From the NCBI GenBank assembly GCA_021735655.1, contig JAIPGM010000007.1:1-64000 (forward strand): DNA of 64,000 bases. The letters are read 5' to 3'. Numbering within the stretch: position 1 is the stretch's first letter; every line of letters starts with the position of its first letter. Shown here piece by piece: positions 53,045-62,515 of the stretch. Origin of the DNA: Candidatus Omnitrophota bacterium. GTDB taxonomy: Bacteria > Omnitrophota > Gorgyraeia > Duberdicusellales > 4484-171. The position numbers and the translations under genes are program-made. The notes under the pieces were generated by a model that made no database searches, was not told the DNA's origin, and worked only from the letters and a program-made list of their open reading frames with translations.

Positions 53045-53956
53045 TTAGAGGCTTTTTAGGATTATTTTCTTCAAAGCTTGGAGCTTTAACTTTTCTTTTG
53101 TTCCGATTAATAAGAATTCATCGTTGCCTGCTTTCTTATCTATTGTATCAATTTTAGCCAACAAGTAAAAAATTTTTTTTCCTTTTAATAATAACGAATC
53201 GTAACGCTCAACCTCTCGACGAATATCCTGAAAGTCGTTCTCATAATCACTTTGATTATCGCTTAAAAAAATAACTACCTTGCTACGCAGAATTTGTCCG
53301 AGGAAGTTATTTTTCGCCTCCTGACTAGGTTTCTCAATCCTAGTAAGCGGCGGCGTATCTAATACCGTAAAATAATCAAACTCATAATCGCAGGGCGCCC
53401 AAACGCAAGAAGTGGTAGTAAAAGGATAATCGGCAACTTTTTGATTTTGGCCGCACAAACTATTAAAAAGACTAGTTTTTCCGCAATTAGGAAATCCAAG
53501 GATTGCTACATCATGAGGAATTCGGTAGTCAAGGACCACCTCACGAACCTGACCTTCCTTGGCTTGAGTTATATAATTTCGTTTATGATTACCTAAGCCA
53601 CCGCTTCCTCCCCGGCATAATAAAATCTGATCATCTTCCTTAATCAAATCAAATACTACCTTGCCTTGCTCGATGACTCTCGTGCCAAGAGGTACTCCAA
53701 CTATTAAGTCTTCAGCATCCGGGCCTTTTTTATTTTTTTTTGATCCGGGTTCACCATTAAGAGCGCGAAACTTTTTATTGCCTTTAAAAGTTTTTAGATC
53801 ATAAAGATGGAGGTTAACCTTTAGGATAACACTTCCGCCTTTTCCACCATCGCCGCCAATGCCAACACTTTTGCCTGAAGAAAGTTTAATAACTCCTCGG
53901 CTTCCTTGGCCACCGGAACCTGATTGAAAAACTACTCTTGCTTTTGAAAAAATCAC
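53045..53956 (-). CDS. obg: GTPase Obg/CgtA
   Basis: 303 aa. The glycine-rich Obg fold is GSGGQGSRG...GGDGGKGGS. The G-domain has GFPNCGKTSLFNSL and DTPP. It is short and lacks the C-terminal OCT domain. Confidence 0.8.
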   Translation of the reverse strand: MIFSKARVVFQSGSGGQGSRGVIKLSSGKSVGIGGDGGKGGSVILKVNLHLYDLKTFKGNKKFRALNGEPGSKKNKKGPDAEDLIVGVPLGTRVIEQGKVVFDLIKEDDQILLCRGGSGGLGNHKRNYITQAKEGQVREVVLDYRIPHDVAILGFPNCGKTSLFNSLCGQNQKVADYPFTTTSCVWAPCDYEFDYFTVLDTPPLTRIEKPSQEAKNNFLGQILRSKVVIFLSDNQSDYENDFQDIRREVERYDSLLLKGKKIFYLLAKIDTIDKKAGNDEFLLIGTKEKLKLQALKKIILKSL

Positions 53957-54291
53957 TTTGCTGAGCTTTGGCTCTGTGAAGAAGTTGCAACAATGCGGGT
54001 AATAGTAAGATTGGTAAGGATTTGACGATGCCCTTGTTTTTTACGATATTTCTTTCGGCGTTTGCTCTTGTAAATGATAACCTTTTTGCTCTTTACTTCA
54101 GCATCAATCTGAGCCTCAACCTTTGCCTTATCTACATAGGGAGTGCCTACTTTAATCTTTTTATCATCAGCCAAAAGCAATATCTTATCAAAAACAATCT
54201 TGCCCTCTTTTTCCTTAAGGCGCTGGACCTTTATCCGATCCCCTTTTTTGACCAAATACTGCTTTTTGCTTATTTCTACTACTGCTAACAT
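53953..54291 (-). CDS. rplU: 50S ribosomal protein L21
   Basis: 112 aa: MLAVVEISKKQYLVKKGDRIKVQRL, with a basic C-terminus. Confidence 0.85.
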   Translation of the reverse strand: MLAVVEISKKQYLVKKGDRIKVQRLKEKEGKIVFDKILLLADDKKIKVGTPYVDKAKVEAQIDAEVKSKKVIIYKSKRRKKYRKKQGHRQILTNLTITRIVATSSQSQSSAK

Positions 54292-54346
54292 AGGCTAAAT
54301 ATTAACATAGGCCCTAAATTACGTCAAGCGAAAAAGAAATTACCCC

Positions 54347-54817
54347 TCAAATGGCTGATTTTTTTAAATGTGACGGGGTCAAGTCAATTACTTCGCCAAC
54401 CTTCATCTCAATAAGGTATTTAAACTTAGGAAAACGCGACTCAGGATGCAATGAAGAACCTTTATCTTTCTGAATATTCTTAACTACCCGCTTGGACATC
54501 CGATCAATTAATCGCTTCTCCCATTTCTTGATAACCGCTTCTTTTACATTTTTGCGTTCTACCATATAAGCAAGGCCTTTTAAAGCAAAACCAATAAATT
54601 GATGTTCGTCTATAGCGGTTATGGTTATGGTCGGGTTTTTTTCTAAATTAGAAAAAGTTTTCGCTTCGTATAGGTCAATCAAATATACCCTACTATGATC
54701 AACCCCGACGATTCCCTTGGCTGAAGAATGTATCTTATTATTTTGATCAAGAGTAGAGACAATAACAAAATCTTGATTATGGAAAAAATTAATTATCGAA
54801 TCTGATAGCTTTTCCAT
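54347..54817 (-). CDS. pyridoxamine 5'-phosphate oxidase-like FMN-binding split-barrel protein
   Basis: 156 aa. The pattern FVIVSTLDQNNKIHSSAKG...VYLIDL is consistent with the PNPOx-like fold. The specific function is unknown. Confidence 0.45.
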   Translation of the reverse strand: MEKLSDSIINFFHNQDFVIVSTLDQNNKIHSSAKGIVGVDHSRVYLIDLYEAKTFSNLEKNPTITITAIDEHQFIGFALKGLAYMVERKNVKEAVIKKWEKRLIDRMSKRVVKNIQKDKGSSLHPESRFPKFKYLIEMKVGEVIDLTPSHLKKSAI

Positions 54818-54819
54818 AG

Positions 54820-55728
54820 TTAATGAGTAGAAATATATTTAAAGGCCGAAAGACAAGCTTTTGAGCCCTCGCCACAAGCAATAATAATCTGCTTCTCAGG
54901 AACATCAGTTACATCTCCAGCAGCAAACACACCTTCGATATTAGTCTTATTATTCTGATCAACAATAATCTCACCTTTCTGATTTTTTTTCAAAATTCCG
55001 GCAAAGCCAACATTAGGCGCTAGCCCAACTTCAATGAATACTCCCTCTAACTCTAGATTAACTACCCTTCCCTGCTGCTCAAATTCGATCCCCTTAACAA
55101 AGGTTTCACCATATATTTTTTTCATCTGAGCATTATTATGAATCTCGACCAATTGAGACTGATCTAGCTTCTCAATCATTATTGGATCACCGGTAAGCTT
55201 TGGCCCAATATTAACTATGTGCACTTTTGGTGAAATTTTAATCATTTGTAAAGCTGCCTCTAGTGCTGAATTGCCACCACCGATTATGGCAACCGATTTA
55301 TCCTTAAAAACTGGGCCATCGCAAGTCGCACAATAGGTAACACCCTTATTCTTATACTCCTCTTCACCAGGAACATTAAGCATCCGTGGTTTTTTCCCGG
55401 TTGCAACAATGATCATTCTTGAGATATACTCCGCTTTATCAGTAATTACCCTTAGCCGATCTCCCTCTTTCTTTAAATCCTTTACCGTTTCAGGTATATT
55501 TGTCTTAGTACCGAATGATTCCATATGTTTTTGAAATTTTAAAGTGAGCTCCGGACCAGTAATAAATTGATAACCGGTGTAATTTTCGATATCCCCGCTC
55601 CAAGCAGTTTGGCCGCCAATATCAAAACTAATTATTAAAAAATTTAGGCGCTTTCTCACTGCGTAAACCGCTGCAGTTATCCCTGCTGGACCAGCACCAA
55701 GAATTATTAAATCGTAAATTTTACTCAC
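54820..55728 (-). CDS. trxB: thioredoxin reductase-like FAD/NAD(P)-dependent disulfide oxidoreductase
   Basis: 302 aa. It has FAD-binding ILGAGPAGITAA, the redox-active CATCDG, NAD(P)-binding IIGGGNSALE and AAGDVTD. Confidence 0.8.
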   Translation of the reverse strand: MSKIYDLIILGAGPAGITAAVYAVRKRLNFLIISFDIGGQTAWSGDIENYTGYQFITGPELTLKFQKHMESFGTKTNIPETVKDLKKEGDRLRVITDKAEYISRMIIVATGKKPRMLNVPGEEEYKNKGVTYCATCDGPVFKDKSVAIIGGGNSALEAALQMIKISPKVHIVNIGPKLTGDPIMIEKLDQSQLVEIHNNAQMKKIYGETFVKGIEFEQQGRVVNLELEGVFIEVGLAPNVGFAGILKKNQKGEIIVDQNNKTNIEGVFAAGDVTDVPEKQIIIACGEGSKACLSAFKYISTH

Positions 55729-55759
55729 TTTTTATCCAAAAAGGTATATTTAGGTATGT

Positions 55760-55984
55760 TTATAGGAAAGAATCAATCTTATCTTTATCAAAACCAATAA
55801 TAATTTTACCGTCGATAGAGATAACCGGAACTCCCATTTGCCCTGAAATCTTTACCATTTCTTCACGAGCAGCAGCATCTTGAGAAACATCAAAATTTTG
55901 GTAAGCTATGCTCTTGGAAGTCAGGTAATCTTTCACCATCACGCAATAGGGACAAGTTTTGGTAGAGTATACTTTTACTTCCAT
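55760..55984 (-). CDS. glutaredoxin-like protein (NrdH/YruB-type)
   Basis: 74 aa: VKVYSTKTCPYCVMVKDYL, with the CPYC active site. Confidence 0.8.
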   Translation of the reverse strand: MEVKVYSTKTCPYCVMVKDYLTSKSIAYQNFDVSQDAAAREEMVKISGQMGVPVISIDGKIIIGFDKDKIDSFL

Positions 55985-55990
55985 TGTAAT

Positions 55991-56473
55991 TCACTCCATC
56001 AGTTTCTTTTTAACAAGATTGAGTTTGGAAAGATGTTTCTTCTCATCGCCGACAATCTTATTAAAAATATCCAACTTTAAAGGTGTGATCTGATCTTTTA
56101 AAGTTGAATAGACCAGTATTACTTTAATCGTTATATATATCGCGAACTCAACCGCATCGAGATCCTTCTCAAATAACTCTCTGGTTTTTTTCTCAATCAT
56201 CTCCTGGGCATAAAGAAAACTTGGAATAATGTCTTTCAAGTAAGGATCATACTCTCCCGAAACAAGTTCATAAACCACATAACCCTCAGGGTCATCCCGC
56301 ATCTCACTAAGTACCTTGCTGTACATTAAATTGTCCTGTTCAAGATCAGCCCAAAGATCTCGTAATTCGCTATTTATTGTTTTCTGACCCAAAGCCTCAT
56401 AAAGTTTTGCTAAATTATATTTAACCTTAAAAGCTATTTCTAAAATTTTTTGAGGATTAAACTGTTCGGACAT
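55991..56473 (-). CDS. ferritin-like/rubrerythrin-like four-helix diiron-fold protein (paralog 1)
   Basis: 160 aa. Diiron-ligand spacing is degenerate (helix 2 has no H: LRDLWADLEQDNLMY). Helix 4 has EKKH. It is collinear with its neighbour paralog. Confidence 0.45.
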   Translation of the reverse strand: MSEQFNPQKILEIAFKVKYNLAKLYEALGQKTINSELRDLWADLEQDNLMYSKVLSEMRDDPEGYVVYELVSGEYDPYLKDIIPSFLYAQEMIEKKTRELFEKDLDAVEFAIYITIKVILVYSTLKDQITPLKLDIFNKIVGDEKKHLSKLNLVKKKLME

Positions 56474-56486
56474 GGAATTCTTAGTT

Positions 56487-56966
56487 CTAAGTAAGTATGT
56501 GTTTTAGGTTTTTCAACTGTACAAGATGCTTCTCTTCTTCCTTAATGATCTTATCTAAAACAGCCAGCTTATCTTTTTTTATATATTCTCTTAAGGCAGT
56601 ATAAGTAAGAATTGATATTTTTTCAACTGAGATGCCGAAGTCTATAGCCTGATTGCTGTTTTCAAAGCGCTGGCTAATAAACTTTTTAATTAAACCCTGG
56701 GTAAAAATATACTCAGAAGCAATCGCGCCAAGATAGGCTTGATGTTCTCCAGGAGAAAACTCAAATATTAAATAATCTTTCTGATTATCAAGCATCTTCT
56801 GAAATAGCTCTCGGTGAATCTCTTCCTGTTCTTTTAGATAAGACCAAAGCTGTTCAGTTTTTTCATCCTGGCTTTCTGAAGCCAAGGCTTCATACAAATC
56901 TTTACCGTTTTTTTCAACTTCAACGGCTATTTTTAAAATTTCACCAGGGCTATACTGCTGCAACAT
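56487..56966 (-). CDS. ferritin-like/rubrerythrin-like diiron protein (paralog 2)
   Basis: 159 aa. Helix 1 is EVEKNGKDLYEALA and helix 2 is EQEEIHREL (ExxH). Helix 3 is VEKISILTYTALREY and helix 4 is EEEKHL (ExxH). Confidence 0.55.
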   Translation of the reverse strand: MLQQYSPGEILKIAVEVEKNGKDLYEALASESQDEKTEQLWSYLKEQEEIHRELFQKMLDNQKDYLIFEFSPGEHQAYLGAIASEYIFTQGLIKKFISQRFENSNQAIDFGISVEKISILTYTALREYIKKDKLAVLDKIIKEEEKHLVQLKNLKHILT

Positions 56967-56969
56967 AGA

Positions 56970-58151
56970 TTAATCATCCTTTATTTTATCCAGTATTTTT
57001 GGAATTATTTCTGAAAGCGAAGCTAATTCTTTCTCATCAGGAATATATTGAAAATACTTACCTTCGGCTATTAATTCTATGCCCGAAGCCTTTAAGCCTT
57101 CTTCTAAATCCTTAAAGCCAGCCTTAGACCATCCGTAAGAACCGAAGCTAAAGCCAAACTTGGCTTTCGGCTTTAGCCCTTTTAAATAGGTAAATAAAGC
57201 CCCTAGCGAGGGAAGGATTCCATTGTTCAGTATCGGACTACCGACGATAACCGCCCTAGCAGAAAGAATATCGGCTACGACATCAGAAGTATCCTTTGTC
57301 TGCAAATTAACTAGATCCACCGGAACATTTTCTTTATCAATCAACTCATAAATTCTTCTCGCCATCTTCTCGGTAGAATGCCACATACTATCATAAATGA
57401 TAACTGCCCGTTCTTCGCTCTTGGCATTAGCCCACTTATCATAAAGATCTATAATCGTTTCGATATTCTGCTTTTGTCGCCAAATTAAACCATGAGAGGG
57501 GCAAATTGCCTCTAAATTTAAAGACTGTAAAGTCTCTAAGGCTTTTACCACTTGAACTCCATAAGGCATAACAATGTTGGCGTAATATTTAGCTGCTTCA
57601 CGAAAAATAATATCAGCACCTATCTCGTCGACAAACCGCTCACTGCTGGCATAATGTTGCCCAAAAGCATCGTTAGAAAACAATATCTGTTGATCTTTAA
57701 GGTAAGTGACCATAGAATCCGGCCAATGAACCATCGGAGTTAAGTGAAATTGCAAAGTCCGTTTGCCTATTGAAAGTTTATCCTGTGAGTCAACAACTTT
57801 GAATTTCCAATCTTTCTTATAATGCCGTCCAAGAGCCTCTTTTCCTTTAGGAGAACAAACTACTTCAGCTTGAGGACAAAAATCAAGCAGCTTATCGATT
57901 GAGCCTGAATGATCCATCTCAGCATGGTTTGAAATAATATACTGAATCTTAGACGGATGGATAATCTCCTTAATCCGGTTTAGCATGTCGTCCGATCCAT
58001 AATGTTTCACAGTATCGATTAAGGTTGGCTTTTCATCCACGATAAGATAAGCATTATAGGTAGATCCTTTTGGCGTTGAATAACCATGGAAATTCTTTAA
58101 ATCCCAATCAACATGACCAACCCAATAGATATCATCATTTATTTTAATCAT
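56970..58151 (-). CDS. flavodiiron protein (rubredoxin:oxygen/NO oxidoreductase, FprA/ROO family)
   Basis: 393 aa. The metallo-beta-lactamase-like diiron domain carries NHAEMDHSGS (HxExDH). A C-terminal flavodoxin-like domain follows. It is adjacent to rubredoxin. Confidence 0.85.
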   Translation of the reverse strand: MIKINDDIYWVGHVDWDLKNFHGYSTPKGSTYNAYLIVDEKPTLIDTVKHYGSDDMLNRIKEIIHPSKIQYIISNHAEMDHSGSIDKLLDFCPQAEVVCSPKGKEALGRHYKKDWKFKVVDSQDKLSIGKRTLQFHLTPMVHWPDSMVTYLKDQQILFSNDAFGQHYASSERFVDEIGADIIFREAAKYYANIVMPYGVQVVKALETLQSLNLEAICPSHGLIWRQKQNIETIIDLYDKWANAKSEERAVIIYDSMWHSTEKMARRIYELIDKENVPVDLVNLQTKDTSDVVADILSARAVIVGSPILNNGILPSLGALFTYLKGLKPKAKFGFSFGSYGWSKAGFKDLEEGLKASGIELIAEGKYFQYIPDEKELASLSEIIPKILDKIKDD

Positions 58152-58175
58152 AATTTAATTTATTAACCTCTCTTT

Positions 58176-58340
58176 TTAATCAGCAGCCTTCTCAAACTGA
58201 TCTTTACCTACACCACATTCAGGACACACCCAAGAATCAGGAAGTTGTTCAAAAGCAGTCCCCGGCTCTATCCCCGAACTAGGATCGCCGACTGCCGGAT
58301 CATAAATATAACCACAAACTACACATCGATATTTACTCAT
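58176..58340 (-). CDS. rubredoxin
   Basis: [15 protein letters not shown]...WVCPECG. The two CxxC pairs are present. The start is set at MSKY (RBS AAAGGAG); the track ORF is extended to 58394. Confidence 0.9.
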   Translation of the reverse strand: MSKYRCVVCGYIYDPAVGDPSSGIEPGTAFEQLPDSWVCPECGVGKDQFEKAAD

Positions 58341-58591
58341 AGTTTCTCCTTTAGCTTCGATTTTACCACATTCATTACTCTTGTAAACCCTCAAAAACTA
58401 AGCCTTTAATATAATTAATCCACCCGTTAATTACAATCTAAAACAAACCAGCGAATATGAGAAAACAGGCACCAACAAGCAATAGAAGAGCCACTAAGCC
58501 TGATATTGATTCAAAACAAATCGGGCAAACGCTTTTAGTTAAAGCATGCACCTTACAGTGAAAAAGTCCTATTGTCTTCTCAATCTAAACC

Positions 58592-59014
58592 TTAGCACAC
58601 CGTTTGATTTTGTGAAAAATCAAAAATTAAACCCTTGAGCCTGTCACGCACCGTCCGAAAAGCCTCTAATTTTTCTTGATCGCCAACTACTGCAGCCGGG
58701 TCCTCTAACGACCAATGTATTTTTTTATAAACTCCCGGAAATACTGGACATTCTTTAGCAACATTATCACAAACCGTAATCAAATAGTCAAACTCCTGAC
58801 CAATGAATTCAGTTAAACTCTTTGAACGCTGGCTAGAGATATCAATGCCGATTTCGGCCAATACTTTAATTGCATAAGGATTTACCAATGATGGCTTAGA
58901 GCCGGCACTTTCTACTTTAAACCGTTCTTGAGCCATATGCCTAAAAAGACCCTCAGCCATTTGGCTACGAGCAGAATTCTGAGTGCACAAAACTAAAACT
59001 CTCTTTTTTTTCAT
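58592..59014 (-). CDS. arsC: arsenate reductase, thioredoxin-coupled LMW-PTP family (ArsC)
   Basis: It has the P-loop LCTQNSARSQMAEG and a second Cys pair in TVCDNVAKECP, as in ArsC Cys82/Cys89. The probable start is MKKKRVLVL. Confidence 0.7.
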   Translation of the reverse strand: MKKKRVLVLCTQNSARSQMAEGLFRHMAQERFKVESAGSKPSLVNPYAIKVLAEIGIDISSQRSKSLTEFIGQEFDYLITVCDNVAKECPVFPGVYKKIHWSLEDPAAVVGDQEKLEAFRTVRDRLKGLIFDFSQNQTVC

Positions 59015-59058
59015 TAAAAAATTAATTTTTAGCAGCAACCGCCACCTAAAGACTCCTT

Positions 59059-60189
59059 TTATTTTCTACACAACTCTTTTTCCTTAATGTCTATTGTTTG
59101 AAGCAACGAATCAAAAGAACCCTGAAAAGCAATAACTCCTTTTTCCAACAACTCTTGGCAAACCTGGTTTAAATCAATACCTAAACTTCCAAGACTGTCA
59201 ACGATAGACTTAGCTCCTAAGATATCACCGTCCAAAGAAATATTAGCTACCCCGTGGTCAAGAAAGGCTTGAAAGGTAGCCTCAGGCAAAGTGTTAACCG
59301 TATTTTTTCCAATCAATTCAGTAACATATTTGATGTCGCTGTAGGCTGGACTTTTTGTCGAGGTTGAAGCCCAAAGAACCCTTTGTAAATTTGCCCCTCT
59401 TTGCTTTAACGATTTAAACTGATTGGATGAAAAAATATCTAAATATTCCTTATAAATTAACTTTGAGTTTGAAACGGCGGCTTTCCCTTTTAATAATTCT
59501 AAATTAACTTTTTCTTGATCGGAACTATCAATTATCATCTCATCTAGAAACCGGTCAATTACGCTATCAATCCTACTTACGAAAACGCTGGCTACCGAAT
59601 GTAGATTTTTTAACTGACCGCCGATCTCTAGGAATCGCTTTAAACCATTCATATAAGAAGCAGCCGTTTTCTTATACTGCTCTAAAGAAAAAATTAGAGT
59701 CGCGTTAACATTCATGCCTTGAGCCAATATCTCCTCAATTGCCCTAAAGCCTTCTTCAGTCGCCGGAATCTTTAGCATTAAATTTGGCCGCTTAACCTTA
59801 GTCCAAAGCCGTTTAGCTTCTTCAATAGTCTCTTCTGTGTTATAAGCAAGCTGAGGATTAACCTCTAGACTAACATAGCCATCCTTACGGTTACTTTCAT
59901 TGTAGACTACGCTTAAAAGATCAGCGGCTTCCTGAATATCCTTTACCGTTAAATTATCATATATCTCAAATGTAGATAACCCTTGTGCTGCCGATTCTTT
60001 AATTTTCTGATCATAATCAGAACCTTTTGAAATAGCCTTATCAAATATTGTAGGATTGGAAGTAATTCCCTTTAATCCTAAGGCGATCATTTCCTCGAGC
60101 CCACCCTTTTCAATTAAAGGACGGCTGATCTGATCCAACCAGGCACTTTGGCCTGCATCATACAACTCAACAATTCTTGTCTTATCCAC
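59059..60189 (-). CDS. tal: transaldolase
   Basis: 376 aa with GQSAWLDQISR and ITSNPTIF, and a Lys Schiff-base region. Confidence 0.8.
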   Translation of the reverse strand: MDKTRIVELYDAGQSAWLDQISRPLIEKGGLEEMIALGLKGITSNPTIFDKAISKGSDYDQKIKESAAQGLSTFEIYDNLTVKDIQEAADLLSVVYNESNRKDGYVSLEVNPQLAYNTEETIEEAKRLWTKVKRPNLMLKIPATEEGFRAIEEILAQGMNVNATLIFSLEQYKKTAASYMNGLKRFLEIGGQLKNLHSVASVFVSRIDSVIDRFLDEMIIDSSDQEKVNLELLKGKAAVSNSKLIYKEYLDIFSSNQFKSLKQRGANLQRVLWASTSTKSPAYSDIKYVTELIGKNTVNTLPEATFQAFLDHGVANISLDGDILGAKSIVDSLGSLGIDLNQVCQELLEKGVIAFQGSFDSLLQTIDIKEKELCRK

Positions 60190-60344
60190 CGCTTACTCCT
60201 TTTTAGTTAGATAACTTACCTATCTAATATCATAATACATTCTTCCCAAACGCTCTGTAAATGACCCAAATATAAAACCCAAAGTTAACAACCAATTTAA
60301 GTATAATTACTGAAATCGTTTAGTCTATTAATCCCTAAAACCGA

Positions 60345-60884
60345 TTAATTAGAAATCCTGATCTTTAATGGTCCCTTATAAATTGATATCTTGGGCTTAA
60401 TTAACTCTTGATCTTCGGAAGTCCCTTTTTTCCCAGACAAAAATTCTTCAATGTCAACAAGGAAAACCGTTGTCAAATTATCTTCATCCATATTTTCGGC
60501 ATCCGAATCTTCATGAATAACTATTTTAATCGTATGCCAACTTCCTAATTTATGAGCTTCAACTCCCCCGACATAAGTTCCTTGCCCCAAATTATCAGCA
60601 AAAAAACTATAAGGAGACTTTCCAACTCCAGCCATTGCTGAACCCTTTAATAACCAAACAGTATACAAGCCACGAGGCTCTAAACCCTTTGCCTTGAACT
60701 CAATCCTATTCTTTCCACCGTAATAAATATTTTCGTTTAAAAAAACTTTCAACTCTGCTTTATGATGAACGCCCTGCCCCTTAGCTGTAATTTTAGACTC
60801 AGCAAAAACTCCAATCGATAAACCAAAAACAAAAATTAAGAATGCTACGATTTTAACCCAATGGCCATAAATTTTCATCTTCAA
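60345..60884 (-). CDS. exported hypothetical protein
   Basis: 179 aa. Signal peptide WVKIVAFLIFVFGLSIGVFA. The mature part is beta-rich and His-rich with an acidic stretch DSDAENMDEDN. I recognise no family. Confidence 0.4.
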   Translation of the reverse strand: MKMKIYGHWVKIVAFLIFVFGLSIGVFAESKITAKGQGVHHKAELKVFLNENIYYGGKNRIEFKAKGLEPRGLYTVWLLKGSAMAGVGKSPYSFFADNLGQGTYVGGVEAHKLGSWHTIKIVIHEDSDAENMDEDNLTTVFLVDIEEFLSGKKGTSEDQELIKPKISIYKGPLKIRISN

Positions 60885-60898
60885 ATCTCCTTTGACTA

Positions 60899-62065
60899 TT
60901 AAAATATTAGATTAGCAATAAATCCTAAAACAATTACCTGGGGAACAGTTACGATCGGAAGCCAAATAGCAACTCTCCGACCAACGTTATGCCAAAGAAG
61001 CCCAATCTCAGTATAGTCAATAACTACCCCGGCCATAAGAAAAACAAAACTGTTTCCCAAAGCTCCGGTTTGTTTAAATATTTCAAAGGCTAAGGGAGCT
61101 GACCCCTCAGAACATACCTCAATTACGGTGGCAACAGCCAAAGTGACTAAAAGCCCCAAAACCGTTGGGCCCATATAGTTACTAAAAATACTTGAAGGAA
61201 TATAGGCTCCGGCTAAGCTAGCTAATCCAGTACCGATTAGAATCCACCAAAGAACCATATTGCTTAGAGAAATGGCTCCTTTGTATATACCTTTTAAATC
61301 CGACTTGAAAATAGCAAAAGAAAATTTTCGTCGCTTAATCCGCAGCTTTAAATCTTTAATTACCGAAAAATCTTCTGCAACATTTACAGTATTAGTATTA
61401 CTCTCAATCAACCCCTGATTTTCTAGAAATTGAAAAATAAATCCGGTGATTATCGCAATGATAATCGCTGAAATAATTATAAATAGGGCTTTTAAACCAA
61501 AAAGCCCTATTAACATTATGGTTAAAACCATATTCGCCCAGGGACTCGCCAAGAGAAAAGCTACAACCGCTGGGTTTGAAGCTCCTTTTTTATGTAACTG
61601 GATTGAAATAGCAAGGATTCCGTGCGAACAAACACTCATTAAAAAACCGAGAAAAACCGAATAAAAAATTGTTCGCTTTCTAGGACGGGAAAGAAGCAAT
61701 GAAATATAGTGACGAGGTATATAGTGCTCGATAACTCCTCCAACTAAAAGACCTAAAGCTATGGCCCACCAGAGGATTTTAAAATAATTAAATAAAGTTT
61801 TTCTAAATGGTTCAAGCAGAGGAATAAAATAGGAAGCTAAACTCAAAATAGCCATGGCCAAGGCAACAATGAATGTTTTATTTTTATAAAAAGGGTTTTT
61901 TGCTACCGTTAGGCAACTCTTAAGTTTTAATTGAGGTATTTTATTGTCTTGAGCGAACTTTTCTAAACAGCTCTGGCTACAAAAAAAGAAAGTCTCACTC
62001 TCGTGATCAATCTGTAAGCTCTTTTTTTCGTTAACCTTCATTCCGCAAATAGGATCTTGAGCCAC
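60899..62065 (-). CDS. DUF318/COG0701-family permease with N-terminal YHS (TRASH-like) metal-binding domain
   Basis: 388 aa. The N-terminal DPICGMKVNEKKSLQIDHESETFFFCSQSCLEKF matches the YHS pattern (CGM...FCSxxC). The body has 8 or more TM helices. The CS-type repeats SVCSHGILA and EVCSEGSAPLA resemble the CSCSxxPL signature of DUF318/ArsP-type permeases. Confidence 0.5.
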   Translation of the reverse strand: MAQDPICGMKVNEKKSLQIDHESETFFFCSQSCLEKFAQDNKIPQLKLKSCLTVAKNPFYKNKTFIVALAMAILSLASYFIPLLEPFRKTLFNYFKILWWAIALGLLVGGVIEHYIPRHYISLLLSRPRKRTIFYSVFLGFLMSVCSHGILAISIQLHKKGASNPAVVAFLLASPWANMVLTIMLIGLFGLKALFIIISAIIIAIITGFIFQFLENQGLIESNTNTVNVAEDFSVIKDLKLRIKRRKFSFAIFKSDLKGIYKGAISLSNMVLWWILIGTGLASLAGAYIPSSIFSNYMGPTVLGLLVTLAVATVIEVCSEGSAPLAFEIFKQTGALGNSFVFLMAGVVIDYTEIGLLWHNVGRRVAIWLPIVTVPQVIVLGFIANLIF

Positions 62066-62075
62066 TGGGAGTCTC

Positions 62076-62513
62076 CTACTTTAAAAAATCAATATAAACA
62101 GCCAGTAATAATGCTAACCCGGAAAAAATAAAGATAAAAAAATAATTAATTTTATCCTTTTTTGAACTCAATTGACAAAGTAATGTTCCCAAAAGTTCAT
62201 AGTCATGATCGGACAGTTCTTGCTTTGAAAGCAGCTTAGGAGTAAGCTGAGAATCCTTTAACTGACGATGCATCAAATTATGACGTCTGAATTTATAGAT
62301 AAAAAATAAGGTAAACCCGCTTATTCCAACATACCAAAATATCTTTGCCAGCATCGGATTAAAATCCAAAACTAAATTAACCGCCCTGACTGATATTGTT
62401 GCGATCAAAGCTATAGTAAAAAACACCCAAGCAATCGGTGATTCTTTGCAAGTTTTTAATCTGATACAGTCCTGGCAGATGAACTTTTTATCTTTCTTAA
62501 GTGATTTCGACAT
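62076..62513 (-). CDS. hypothetical membrane protein with N-terminal Cys cluster (CQDCIRLKTC)
   Basis: 145 aa. It has a cytoplasmic Cys-x2-C-x6-C segment followed by 3-4 TM helices. I recognise no family. Confidence 0.4.
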   Translation of the reverse strand: MSKSLKKDKKFICQDCIRLKTCKESPIAWVFFTIALIATISVRAVNLVLDFNPMLAKIFWYVGISGFTLFFIYKFRRHNLMHRQLKDSQLTPKLLSKQELSDHDYELLGTLLCQLSSKKDKINYFFIFIFSGLALLLAVYIDFLK

Positions 62514-62515
62514 TA

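Noticed and set aside
54022-54288. Plus-strand 88-aa ORF antisense to rplU
   Set aside because: It is antisense to a ribosomal protein gene and therefore spurious.
58395-58591. Plus-strand 34-aa ORF (MRKQAPTSNRR...) in the rubredoxin-arsC intergenic region
   Set aside because: It has no RBS and lies on the opposite strand to every supported gene. It is most likely noise.
58604-58630. Inverted repeat TTTGATTTT-N-AAAATCAAA
   Set aside because: It lies inside the arsC coding region (encoding IFDFSQNQ). It is probably coincidental in AT-rich coding sequence and not intergenic.
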